In this document: in pieces, positions 10,552 to 18,243 of the stretch
Layout: every line of letters begins with the position of its first letter
Position numbering within the stretch: the first letter of the stretch is position 1
NCBI GenBank assembly: GCA_005239595.1
Contig: SBBT01000043.1
Location: 1-51,330 of the forward strand
Source of the DNA: Candidatus Troglogloeales bacterium
GTDB taxonomy: Bacteria; Nitrospirota; Nitrospiria; SBBL01; SBBT01
Direction of reading: 5' to 3'
DNA: 51,330 bases
Made by a program: the position numbers and the translations under genes
The notes under the pieces: generated by a model
What the model was told of the DNA's origin: nothing
What the model saw: the letters and a program-made list of their open reading frames with translations, nothing else
Database searches by the model: none

Positions 10552-11463
10552 TTATCGAACCTCATAATTAAAGGTCTCTTTCTGGTTGTTTCGGATCAGA
10601 TCAACAACCAGATACGTCTCATTTTTTAACTGTTCGAACACCCTGACGAAGTTTTGAGGCTCTTTTACTTCAATACCGTTTATCCGGTGAAGGATATCCC
10701 CGTTTTGGAGACCAATTTTTGAATAAAGACTGTCTTCGCTAATTGCGAAGATGCGGAAACCATCGGGTTTTCCATCACTGAAATTCGGGATGATCCTCGC
10801 CTTTGTAAAAAGCTTCGGAAGATTCTCGACAGCGCTATCAATCTCACGACGATCTAATATCCACCTGTTTTTTGAAATCTGGCGGACTCCCGAGAGAGGA
10901 GATGGAATCACAACCGGCTGGGGAATCAATCCCATTGTATTTTCCTCAAACGGCAGTAGCACCTCGAGTACTTCTTCTCTTTCTCCGGTCCGAACAAGCA
11001 CCCTGTTTCGGCCGATTTTTATAATTTGGACACCCTCCGATAAAAAACCGCCCTCTTTATAAAGAAGTTGCTCTTTGGTCTTTGTATCTTCAAACACCGC
11101 ATAGGAACCAGATTCACTGGCAACCATCGTTCCCAGAAGAGAAAAATGAGACAAGACAGACAAAGGTTCCGTGGGCGGGTATATCAGCGACTCCTCCTGA
11201 ATCGTTCTTCCCCGCATCTTTGAGTTAAAAATATTGCCATCAATAATGATCTGATAATCTGAACCCATTTTAACCAAGGTATCTGAGGAAACACCTGACT
11301 TCTCTACCCTATTAGATATTTTTGAAACAAGGGGAATCCGTTTTGGAATATCGGTTGCGGTCGAAAGGCGCGCGCCCAAGACCAGATTAAGCATGTCGGC
11401 TAAAAAATACATGGAAACTGCGATTGTTAAAAGATACAACACCCAGAAACGCGATCGAGACAT
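10552..11463 (-). CDS. Type II secretion protein C (GspC/PulC)-like protein with PDZ domain
   Basis: 303-aa ORF with an N-terminal TM helix, a central HR-like segment (LLGTMVASESGSYAVFEDTKTKEQLLYKEGG...IIKIGRNRVLV) and a C-terminal PDZ domain (YSKIGLQNGDILHRINGIEV). Confidence 0.6.
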   Translation of the reverse strand: MSRSRFWVLYLLTIAVSMYFLADMLNLVLGARLSTATDIPKRIPLVSKISNRVEKSGVSSDTLVKMGSDYQIIIDGNIFNSKMRGRTIQEESLIYPPTEPLSVLSHFSLLGTMVASESGSYAVFEDTKTKEQLLYKEGGFLSEGVQIIKIGRNRVLVRTGEREEVLEVLLPFEENTMGLIPQPVVIPSPLSGVRQISKNRWILDRREIDSAVENLPKLFTKARIIPNFSDGKPDGFRIFAISEDSLYSKIGLQNGDILHRINGIEVKEPQNFVRVFEQLKNETYLVVDLIRNNQKETFNYEVR

Positions 11464-11591
11464 CTCTCCCTCACCGAGGAAAATCTCTATCTAAGATTAT
11501 AAAAGCTTTACATTGAGAGGTCAAACGAGAAGAGGATCAGGGATCAGGGCAGTGTCGCCCGTGGAAGGAACCTCTATCGATAAGCGCAACA

Positions 11592-12239
11592 TCATCGCCT
11601 CTTTTTGAATAAATAAATTAAGGACATACCTGCCAAAAATCCCCCGATATGGGCAAACCAGGCAACCCCTCCGACCTGGTGCAAACTAAACAAACCGTTA
11701 AAGAATTGCACAATAAACCAGAAGCCTAGAACGACAAGGGCAGGCACCCGTACAATCTGAATAAAAAATCCGACAGGGAGCAACGTCAGCACCCGGGCTT
11801 TAGGGAACAGCAGAAGATAGGCCCCCAACACACCGGAAACCGCTCCGCTCGCCCCAATCATCGGGACATGAGATGTGGAATCAGTAAGGGCGTGGGCATA
11901 GGCAGCTACCATACCGCAGAGCAAATAGAAAAAGAGAAAACGCCGATGGCCCATGGCATCTTCGATATTGTTTCCGAATATCCAGAGGTAGAGCATGTTT
12001 CCCGCCAAATGGAAAACGCCTCCATGGAGAAACATAGATGTAAAGATATTGGCAACCGCGAACGGTCTTCCCGAACCATGAAACAGTTCGAAGGGAATAG
12101 CCCCGTAGGAAGAGACGAATTCCCCCGATTGAGGGCCCAAGGAAATTTCATAGAAAAAAACAACAACGTTGGTAATGGCCAAACCGATCGTCATCCAGGG
12201 AAAGGACCGCGTCGGATTGTCATCTTTAAGCGGAATCAT
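11592..12239 (-). CDS. Rhomboid-family intramembrane serine protease
   Basis: 215-aa ORF with 6 TM helices, the catalytic GASGAVSGVLGAY (GxSG), the catalytic His in AHIGGFLAGM, and the HGG-FHL--NM motif. Confidence 0.88.
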   Translation of the reverse strand: MIPLKDDNPTRSFPWMTIGLAITNVVVFFYEISLGPQSGEFVSSYGAIPFELFHGSGRPFAVANIFTSMFLHGGVFHLAGNMLYLWIFGNNIEDAMGHRRFLFFYLLCGMVAAYAHALTDSTSHVPMIGASGAVSGVLGAYLLLFPKARVLTLLPVGFFIQIVRVPALVVLGFWFIVQFFNGLFSLHQVGGVAWFAHIGGFLAGMSLIYLFKKRR

Positions 12240-12322
12240 GGCTTATCCACACCGACAGTCTGGCTAAAAAGCCGTCGGATAAGACCTGGCAGCGTATGCC
12301 ACTTGATTCTGAGTGGATACCT

Positions 12323-13936
12323 TTACTGCAGTGAAGGACTCTTTTTATTCGATCTCTTCGCAAGCGCGAGATGCGTCTCCGGTCCAAAGAGACCCGTTTC
12401 TTCTAATCCGGATTTCTGTTGAAAGAAACTGATGGCCCGCACAACTGGAGGCCCCCAAATTCCATCCACTGGACTTAGAAAAAGCCCTTCTTTCCGGAGA
12501 GCTTCCTGAATGGAATTAACAGACGGATCAACCCCTGTCATTGACAACGGCAGGCGTACCCCTTCCATCTCTTTCCAGAGAATAATGCCAGACCCTTTCC
12601 ATTTTTGCGTCAATTCAGAAAGCGGTACATTCTTTCTCCCCTCTAAGGGGTCAAGGATCACCGCCTCATCTGCACGAATCTTCGCTAAGACCTGATAATG
12701 TAAGCCGGCCGCTTCCTGTACAGAAAAAAGGAGCGGATAATCCAAAGACAGGACTTTTTTGAGCTCTAACGGGACTGAATACGATTGGATCCTTTTCTCT
12801 TCTATCCACTTAAACACCTCTCCCATCCCTTCTTGCTGCCAACGCAGTTCATCCGGGATAGGATCCCAGAGGTTCAAGAGGGTCAAATACGCCCCCTTCC
12901 CTGTTTCAGCGACAGATTCAACACGAAAAACCCTTTCTAAATCAAAACTCAGACCGGAAGGGGCCATCGCCGTGGGTGTCGGCGTTTCTCGTTCAGATGT
13001 GCGGAAGAACAAGACAGATACCAACAGTAATAAGGAAAGGGCCAAGAGCCCTCCAAGAAGAACCTTCCTATGCCTGATGAACCAATCTAGTTCTATCCGT
13101 TTGATCAGCGGAATAGCCGTTGGCGCCGCCTCTATTCCTTCAAGCTCGCTGATAGCTTGCCTGACGTGTGCCTCGGAGACGGATCGCTTGTTGGCAACGT
13201 AGGCCGCCAAGAGGGCGCGATCGGCGGCCGTATTGATGAGTCGCGGCAGACCGTTGCTAAAACGATAAATATGGTCAATTCCATCTGGATTGAAGAGAAC
13301 CGTCTCCTCTTCAGAGGCCACCCTAATTCGAGACTGGATATATGCCCCCACTTCTTTTCTATCGAGCGGTTTTATCTCGCAAAGGAGTGAAATGCGCTGC
13401 TTGAGCTGGCGGAGCTGGCTCATGGCAAGTTTCTCGCCTAACTCCGGCTGTCCGATGAGAAGGATTTGAATCAATTTATTCTTTTCCGTCTCTAGGTTCG
13501 AGAGGAGCCGAATCTCTTCTAAACATTCCACAGAAAGAAGCTGGGCCTCGTCGATGATCAAAAGTGTCTGCCCGCCTTTTGTTGCAACATCGACAACGAA
13601 ACGATGGAGTTCTTCAAGGAGGACTTTCTTAGACCTGCTCCGCCACTTCAATCCAAACGCTTGATTGATTCCTTGAAGCAATTCGAGGGTGCTCAGCTGG
13701 GTATTAAACAAAAGAGCGGTCCGGATAGACGGCTCGAGCTTGGACAGAAGCAAGTGGCAGAGGGTTGTTTTTCCGGTGCCAACCTCACCTGTAATGACGA
13801 TAAACCCATTTCCCTCCTTTACACCGTAGAGGATATGGGAAAACGCCTCTTCGTGTTTTTCGCTAAAAAAGAAAAACTTCGGATCGGGAGATAACCGGAA
13901 AGGAGGTTCCTTAAATCCAAAGAAATCAAGATACAT
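12323..13936 (-). CDS. ExeA/GspA-like AAA ATPase with C-terminal peptidoglycan-binding domain
   Basis: The N-terminus MYLDFFGFKEPPFRLSPDPKFFF and Walker A GEVGTGKTT are typical of ExeA. There is a mid-protein TM helix and a C-terminal PG_binding_1-like repeat (VDGIWGPPVVRAISFFQQKSGLEETGLFGPET). I preferred the ATG at 13936 over the TTG at 13951. Confidence 0.78.
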   Translation of the reverse strand: MYLDFFGFKEPPFRLSPDPKFFFFSEKHEEAFSHILYGVKEGNGFIVITGEVGTGKTTLCHLLLSKLEPSIRTALLFNTQLSTLELLQGINQAFGLKWRSRSKKVLLEELHRFVVDVATKGGQTLLIIDEAQLLSVECLEEIRLLSNLETEKNKLIQILLIGQPELGEKLAMSQLRQLKQRISLLCEIKPLDRKEVGAYIQSRIRVASEEETVLFNPDGIDHIYRFSNGLPRLINTAADRALLAAYVANKRSVSEAHVRQAISELEGIEAAPTAIPLIKRIELDWFIRHRKVLLGGLLALSLLLLVSVLFFRTSERETPTPTAMAPSGLSFDLERVFRVESVAETGKGAYLTLLNLWDPIPDELRWQQEGMGEVFKWIEEKRIQSYSVPLELKKVLSLDYPLLFSVQEAAGLHYQVLAKIRADEAVILDPLEGRKNVPLSELTQKWKGSGIILWKEMEGVRLPLSMTGVDPSVNSIQEALRKEGLFLSPVDGIWGPPVVRAISFFQQKSGLEETGLFGPETHLALAKRSNKKSPSLQ

Positions 13937-13960
13937 TAGGATAATCTCCAAAAAGAGATG

Positions 13961-15982
13961 TCACGGATAGCCATTCCCATTAAAATCCTGATAATGGACC
14001 TCTGTCTGCTTTTGGACCATCGCCCCCGCTCGAAGCCCGCTTTGAATCTGAAAGCGGACAGAAAATGTGGTCTTCTGCTTGGGACCTAATTCAGGCACCT
14101 TCCATATCCATTTTTTCCCTCCCCCTTCGATCGGGTCAGGGTTCCCCCGCACAAAAACAAGCTCAGTCGGAAGATATTCGGTCATGATGACGTTCTTCGC
14201 CAAACCAGAACCGGCGTTCGTCACCGTTACCTGATATGCAAATACCCCGGAAGGAAGGTTGTCTCGAGGTTGCATTTCCGTGTTGACCACAAGCATCGGT
14301 CGACTCAGCAAGAGGGTTCTTGACGCGGATACTACCACCTTGCCATCCCGCTTCGACTGGACCTCCATGCCAACCTCAAGCTTCTCACCATCATGACCTG
14401 CTGGAACCTTCAATCCCATCAAGATTGGAAAATCTTGACCTGGACCCAAAAGGGGTGTTTCTGTCACAACCGGCTCGCCCGTCTGGTAAGAACGGTCACG
14501 ATTTCGATCATAATAAAAGGTGAGGGGATACCTCCCACTCTTTAACATAAAAACATCGCCCCCATTTCCCATGTTTATTAGCGTAACTGGAAGAAAATAT
14601 AGGCTCTTGGCGGTTACATTCAGGACATCTTTCGGTCCATCCACACGAGCAGACGATATCTGAGATACGGCGACAGGGGGTGAAAGCTGCGTCAACTCTT
14701 GCCAAGAGGCATCTGCTGGAGAGAAAGAGCCTCGGTTGAGTATTTGAAGATTTGCGTCTACCCTTTCCCCTACCTGAAACGCAATTTCAATCTTTTGGGT
14801 GTTTTTTGCCTCAATTCTGGATAGACGCCACGAAATGGAATGATTTCCAGGATCGACTCTTTCTGCCAATGGAGAAGCCGAGAGAAAAACCAAGGCAGGA
14901 TGGTAGACATAACTGACTTTCCCCCCCACCACATCAGAAGAAAGGTTCTTCAGAAGGAACGTGTACCGCACCTCTTCTCCAGGTCGCACATTGCCTTTAT
15001 TCACCAGGTGTTCTCCCTGAAGAATCGGCCCGGCCGCCACGACCGTAACAGATTGAGCTCGGGTTCGATCAAAACGAGAGGCCACTTTAACCTCAAAGGT
15101 TCTCCGTCCGCCAATACCAGGCGGATACCGCACCCGCAATTTAACCCGAAAGGACTGATTGGGTTGAAGAGCTGGTGTAGCCCGTATCTCCTCACTCAAC
15201 TTTCCTCCCTCGTCTGGGAAAAAAGCAGGCGCAAACTCGCCTGGGAATGTCGACTCCAGTGTAAACGCATCCTCCGCGTTCCCTGTATTGGTAACCATCA
15301 TCTTAAACACAACTTCCTCTCCCGGGGCCCCCCTTTTTTCAAGAAGAGAAGGCTCAACTTGAAGTTCCGCGATCTGTGGAATAGCCAGGAAAAATCCCTC
15401 TGCAACAGCGGGTTGCTCCAAAGGAATTTTTTCAATCGGCTGAATCTTCGCAGGGACAGCGGGGACAGGAGCAGAAACCATTGGCGGAGAGGGGGCTTTC
15501 GGCGGTAGCGGCATATCCAGCTGTGGCACCCCTTTGATAGGAGGAGAGGAAACTAGGGGTATCGGCATATCGGACTGTAGCGCTTTTTTGATAGGCTTTA
15601 GCTCAAGTTCCGATTTAGCTGCGGGCGGCCCTTTAGAATCGAGAGTCTCAGCCTTTTGTGTGAGGGGACTCTTGGGAAACTCCTGTTTCATCCGCGAGAT
15701 TATTTCTTTGTGTTTGTCCGCCTGATTGGTCTCTAAATAAGCGCGCCCCAGCCAAAAATAGGCCAAATCACGTACATTGCTTTTTGGGAACTTCTCAAGG
15801 ATCTCCTTAAAAAGGGGAATTGCTTTCGCGGGATCCTTCTTCTCCATCCATCCATGCCCCTCATAAAAGAGGGCACCATCATCTTTGTCCACAGCCAAAA
15901 TCGTAGCTGGAGAGAAAAAGACTGGAAATACCAAGGGAAAAACAAGAACAAGAAATTTTGTTACCATCAAGACAGGCCTCAA
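13961..15982 (-). CDS. Secreted TPR plus Pro-rich linker plus DUF11/CARDB-like repeat protein
   Basis: 673-aa ORF with a signal peptide, a YbgF-like TPR segment and a Pro-rich linker (PPIKGVPQLDMPLPPKAPSPP). Several beta-sandwich-like repeats follow (VVFKMMVTNTGNAEDAF; VRYTFLLKNLS; YQVTVTNAGSGLAKNVIMTEYLP). Confidence 0.6.
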   Translation of the reverse strand: MRPVLMVTKFLVLVFPLVFPVFFSPATILAVDKDDGALFYEGHGWMEKKDPAKAIPLFKEILEKFPKSNVRDLAYFWLGRAYLETNQADKHKEIISRMKQEFPKSPLTQKAETLDSKGPPAAKSELELKPIKKALQSDMPIPLVSSPPIKGVPQLDMPLPPKAPSPPMVSAPVPAVPAKIQPIEKIPLEQPAVAEGFFLAIPQIAELQVEPSLLEKRGAPGEEVVFKMMVTNTGNAEDAFTLESTFPGEFAPAFFPDEGGKLSEEIRATPALQPNQSFRVKLRVRYPPGIGGRRTFEVKVASRFDRTRAQSVTVVAAGPILQGEHLVNKGNVRPGEEVRYTFLLKNLSSDVVGGKVSYVYHPALVFLSASPLAERVDPGNHSISWRLSRIEAKNTQKIEIAFQVGERVDANLQILNRGSFSPADASWQELTQLSPPVAVSQISSARVDGPKDVLNVTAKSLYFLPVTLINMGNGGDVFMLKSGRYPLTFYYDRNRDRSYQTGEPVVTETPLLGPGQDFPILMGLKVPAGHDGEKLEVGMEVQSKRDGKVVVSASRTLLLSRPMLVVNTEMQPRDNLPSGVFAYQVTVTNAGSGLAKNVIMTEYLPTELVFVRGNPDPIEGGGKKWIWKVPELGPKQKTTFSVRFQIQSGLRAGAMVQKQTEVHYQDFNGNGYP

Positions 15983-16265
15983 CCCTCAAAAACCCCACGT
16001 AATGAACATAATTATTAGGACTAACCGTACTAAGGTATACTTCGTAAATTATTTGAATGTCGCATATTTTATTTTTTTTGTCAACAAAACGTATCGCCTA
16101 AAATGCCTTCGCTTTAATGAAAATGGCAGCATAACAACCACGTAAAAATGTCATAAAAGCTGTCTGTAGAAAAGCGGCACGAACCAGCCACCCGCTTAAC
16201 AAAACAGCCCTCTTTTATTTTCAAAGCCCCCCGATTTGGCACCGAGTATAAAGGGAAATTAGAGG

Positions 16266-16287
16266 CCGGCTCTTTTGCCCCAGCCGG
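16266..16287 (-). terminator. Possible terminator hairpin downstream of tRNA-Pro
   Basis: CCGGCT pairs with AGCCGG (6 bp, 10-nt loop). On the minus strand it is followed by CCTCTAATTTCCCTTT, a modest T tract. Confidence 0.3.
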
Positions 16288-16321
16288 TGGCGCCCCCCTC
16301 CAACTTCTCCCAAGTTTCATT

Positions 16322-16398
16322 TGGTCGGGGCGACTGGATTTGAACCAGCGACCACTCGCACCCCAAGCGAGTGCGCTACCGGGCTGCGCTACGCCCCG
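16322..16398 (-). tRNA. tRNA-Pro (anticodon GGG), CCA encoded
   Basis: The reverse complement folds as a 77-nt cloverleaf: acceptor CGGGGCG/CGCCCCG, D stem GCGC/GCGC, anticodon stem CTCGC/GCGAG with loop TTGGGGT, T arm GCTGG-TTCAAAT-CCAGT, then ACCA. Confidence 0.9.
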
Positions 16399-16723
16399 AA
16401 CCACTTAAAATTTGAAGGATATCTTCTAACTCTTTTCTTACGCTATGGATGGCTTTTCGCCGGACATCTCCCGAACCCCGGGGACGCAGATGCAAAGCCA
16501 GTTTCTTCCTCGCCCCGGCAATGGTTAGCCCCTCATGGTATAGCAATTCTTTTATCTGTAAGATAAGGTCGATTTCTTTTTTTAAATAAATACGTTGATT
16601 CCCTCTGCTTTTCCTGGGATGAAGCGATGAGAACTGGCTTTCCCAAAACCGAAGGACATAGGGCTCAAGCCCTGTTATCCGACTAACCTCGCTGATCTTA
16701 TAAAAGAGTTTCTCCTGCATCAC
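16376..16723 (-). CDS. MerR-family transcriptional regulator
   Basis: 115-aa ORF with an N-terminal MerR HTH ([24 protein letters not shown]...[15 protein letters not shown]). It overlaps the ihfA stop by 4 nt, and its last 23 nt including the TAG lie inside tRNA-Pro. Confidence 0.8.
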   Translation of the reverse strand: MMQEKLFYKISEVSRITGLEPYVLRFWESQFSSLHPRKSRGNQRIYLKKEIDLILQIKELLYHEGLTIAGARKKLALHLRPRGSGDVRRKAIHSVRKELEDILQILSGSGRSAAR

Positions 16724-16995
16724 GGATTTACAAATTTCTTAAAAACCTTACTGGGTCTAAACGTAACAACCCGGCGAGGAGCAATCGCAATCCCTTCGCC
16801 TGTTTTTGGATTTCTCCCTTTCCTCTCATTTTTTTGGCGCACAACAAAATTTCCAAATCCGGCAATTTTTACGGTCTCTCCCTTCTTCAAAACTCCCTTA
16901 ATGACATTCAAAACGGTCTCCAGAAAATCTGCCGCCTCTTTTTTTGACATACCCACCTTCTCAAAGAGATTATTCGCAATATCAATTTTTCTCAC
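16720..16995 (-). CDS. ihfA: Integration host factor alpha subunit (HU/IHF family)
   Basis: 91-aa ORF. GFGNFVVRQKNERKGRNPKTGEGIAIAPRRVVTFRPSK closely parallels the IHF-alpha arm region. Confidence 0.88.
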   Translation of the reverse strand: MRKIDIANNLFEKVGMSKKEAADFLETVLNVIKGVLKKGETVKIAGFGNFVVRQKNERKGRNPKTGEGIAIAPRRVVTFRPSKVFKKFVNP

Positions 16996-17118
16996 GGTTA
17001 CACCTTCGCTTCCATCGTCATCAGATAAAACTCCCCGAAGAAACTACTCTATGATCTGTCGTAGGCACCATAATTCTCTTATAAATACAATAGGTTGCCA
17101 ACGAAGTCAAGCCACGAA

Positions 17119-17148
17119 TTGACTCACAAACAATGCGTTTGTTATTCT
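17119..17148 (+). promoter_or_regulatory. Candidate sigma70-type promoter with a dyad in the spacer, possibly giving a leaderless mRNA
   Basis: TTGACT (17119-17124), 18-nt spacer, TATTCT (17143-17148). The spacer contains the dyad ACAAAC-AATGC-GTTTGT. The ATG at 17155 lies 7 nt after the -10 box and has no SD. Confidence 0.35.
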
Positions 17149-17154
17149 GCCGAC

Positions 17155-17436
17155 ATGAGAATATCCAAAGAACGCGTCTTGGCCATATCGAGATCATTGG
17201 TAGAAAACCTGCTTAAAGAGGGCCTGATCACGTATCAGGCCAAAAAAGAGTTACTGGTTTCAAAAATAGAATCGACCGCGATTGACGAGCTTCAAGTTGA
17301 AGACCGCCTTAACGCAGAGGTCAAGGAGATTATGAAACGCTACGAAAAAGAGATGGAAGCCAAAGGGACCGATTATCAAAAAATGTTCCAGATGGTCAAA
17401 AAACAGCTTATCAAAGAGCGCGATCTGATCGTATAA
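17155..17436 (+). CDS. DUF507-like small protein (paralogue 1)
   Basis: The 93-aa product starts MRISKERVLAISRSLVENLLKEG and is a Lys/Glu-rich helical protein. It parallels the next ORF. The family assignment is from memory only. Confidence 0.55.
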   Translation: MRISKERVLAISRSLVENLLKEGLITYQAKKELLVSKIESTAIDELQVEDRLNAEVKEIMKRYEKEMEAKGTDYQKMFQMVKKQLIKERDLIV

Positions 17437-17440
17437 ACAT

Positions 17441-17719
17441 ATGGTGTTAAGCGAGGACAAAATCAACCATCTTTCCCATCGGATATTACAAGCCCTGGAG
17501 AAAGATCCCGCCGTAGAACAAAAAGCAGAACGGTCTGCAATCCTCCGGTCGATTAAGCGGGTCATTTTAGCATCTCTGTCTCAAGATGATGTCATTGACG
17601 CTCTCATTCGAAAGAAGCTCGGCTCCTACACACGCGCGATCGTAGAGGGAAGCTCTGAATGGGATATCCTCTATCACAAGATGTTTCAGGAAGAGATGAA
17701 AAAGAAGGGGATATCGTGA
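17441..17719 (+). CDS. DUF507-like small protein (paralogue 2)
   Basis: 92-aa ORF starting MVLSEDKINHLSHRILQALEKDP, 4 nt after the previous stop. Its pattern and length match the upstream ORF. Confidence 0.55.
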   Translation: MVLSEDKINHLSHRILQALEKDPAVEQKAERSAILRSIKRVILASLSQDDVIDALIRKKLGSYTRAIVEGSSEWDILYHKMFQEEMKKKGIS

Positions 17720-17796
17720 AACAGCCGCGCTGGTACTGCCATTCGCAGGTTGCTGAAAAAGCCATTTAAGGGATTGTAGAACTCTGACAGAACGAT

Positions 17797-18243
17797 ATGG
17801 TTAAGCTCCCCCGTAAAATCTATGACGAGATGATCTCTCATGCCAAAGAAGCGTCTCCCAACGAATGTTGTGGGCTACTGGCAGGAGTGGGCATAACTGT
17901 TTCAGATATCTATCGAATCCAAAATCTCCCGCCAGACGATCCAACAATACTCGCCTTAGCTGTTCCCGCGGACCGAAGGTTCCGCTATGTGATGGATCCA
18001 AAAGAACAATTGTTGGCATTCAAAAGGATGCGGGAGAAAGGAACCGTGATGCTGGGAATCTACCACTCGCATCCTCACTCACCCGCCTATCCCTCTGAAA
18101 CCGATGTGCGCCTTGCCTATTATCCCGATGCGCACTATCTGATTGTCTCCCTTAAAAAGAGTGACGCTCCCGTGGTTCGAGCGTTTTGCATTGTTGAGCA
18201 AAAGGTGATAGACGACACGCTTGAGGTATTTCCCTCAACGTAA
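17797..18243 (+). CDS. JAMM/MPN+ (Mov34) family metallopeptidase
   Basis: 148-aa ORF with a complete JAMM motif: the Glu in NECCGLL and HSHPHSPAYPSETD (HxH-x7-S-xx-D). Confidence 0.85.
   Translation: MVKLPRKIYDEMISHAKEASPNECCGLLAGVGITVSDIYRIQNLPPDDPTILALAVPADRRFRYVMDPKEQLLAFKRMREKGTVMLGIYHSHPHSPAYPSETDVRLAYYPDAHYLIVSLKKSDAPVVRAFCIVEQKVIDDTLEVFPST

Noticed and set aside
16200-16400. tRNA-Pro, and likewise tRNA-Glu at 51094..51168, as an integration site of a genomic island.
   Set aside because: No integrase, no phage or plasmid genes, and no direct repeat of a tRNA 3' end noticed in the flanks. The neighbouring genes are housekeeping.
16114-16404. 96-aa minus-strand ORF overlapping tRNA-Pro and its downstream region.
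   Set aside because: It is the translation of the tRNA and the terminator region. No SD and no family resemblance.
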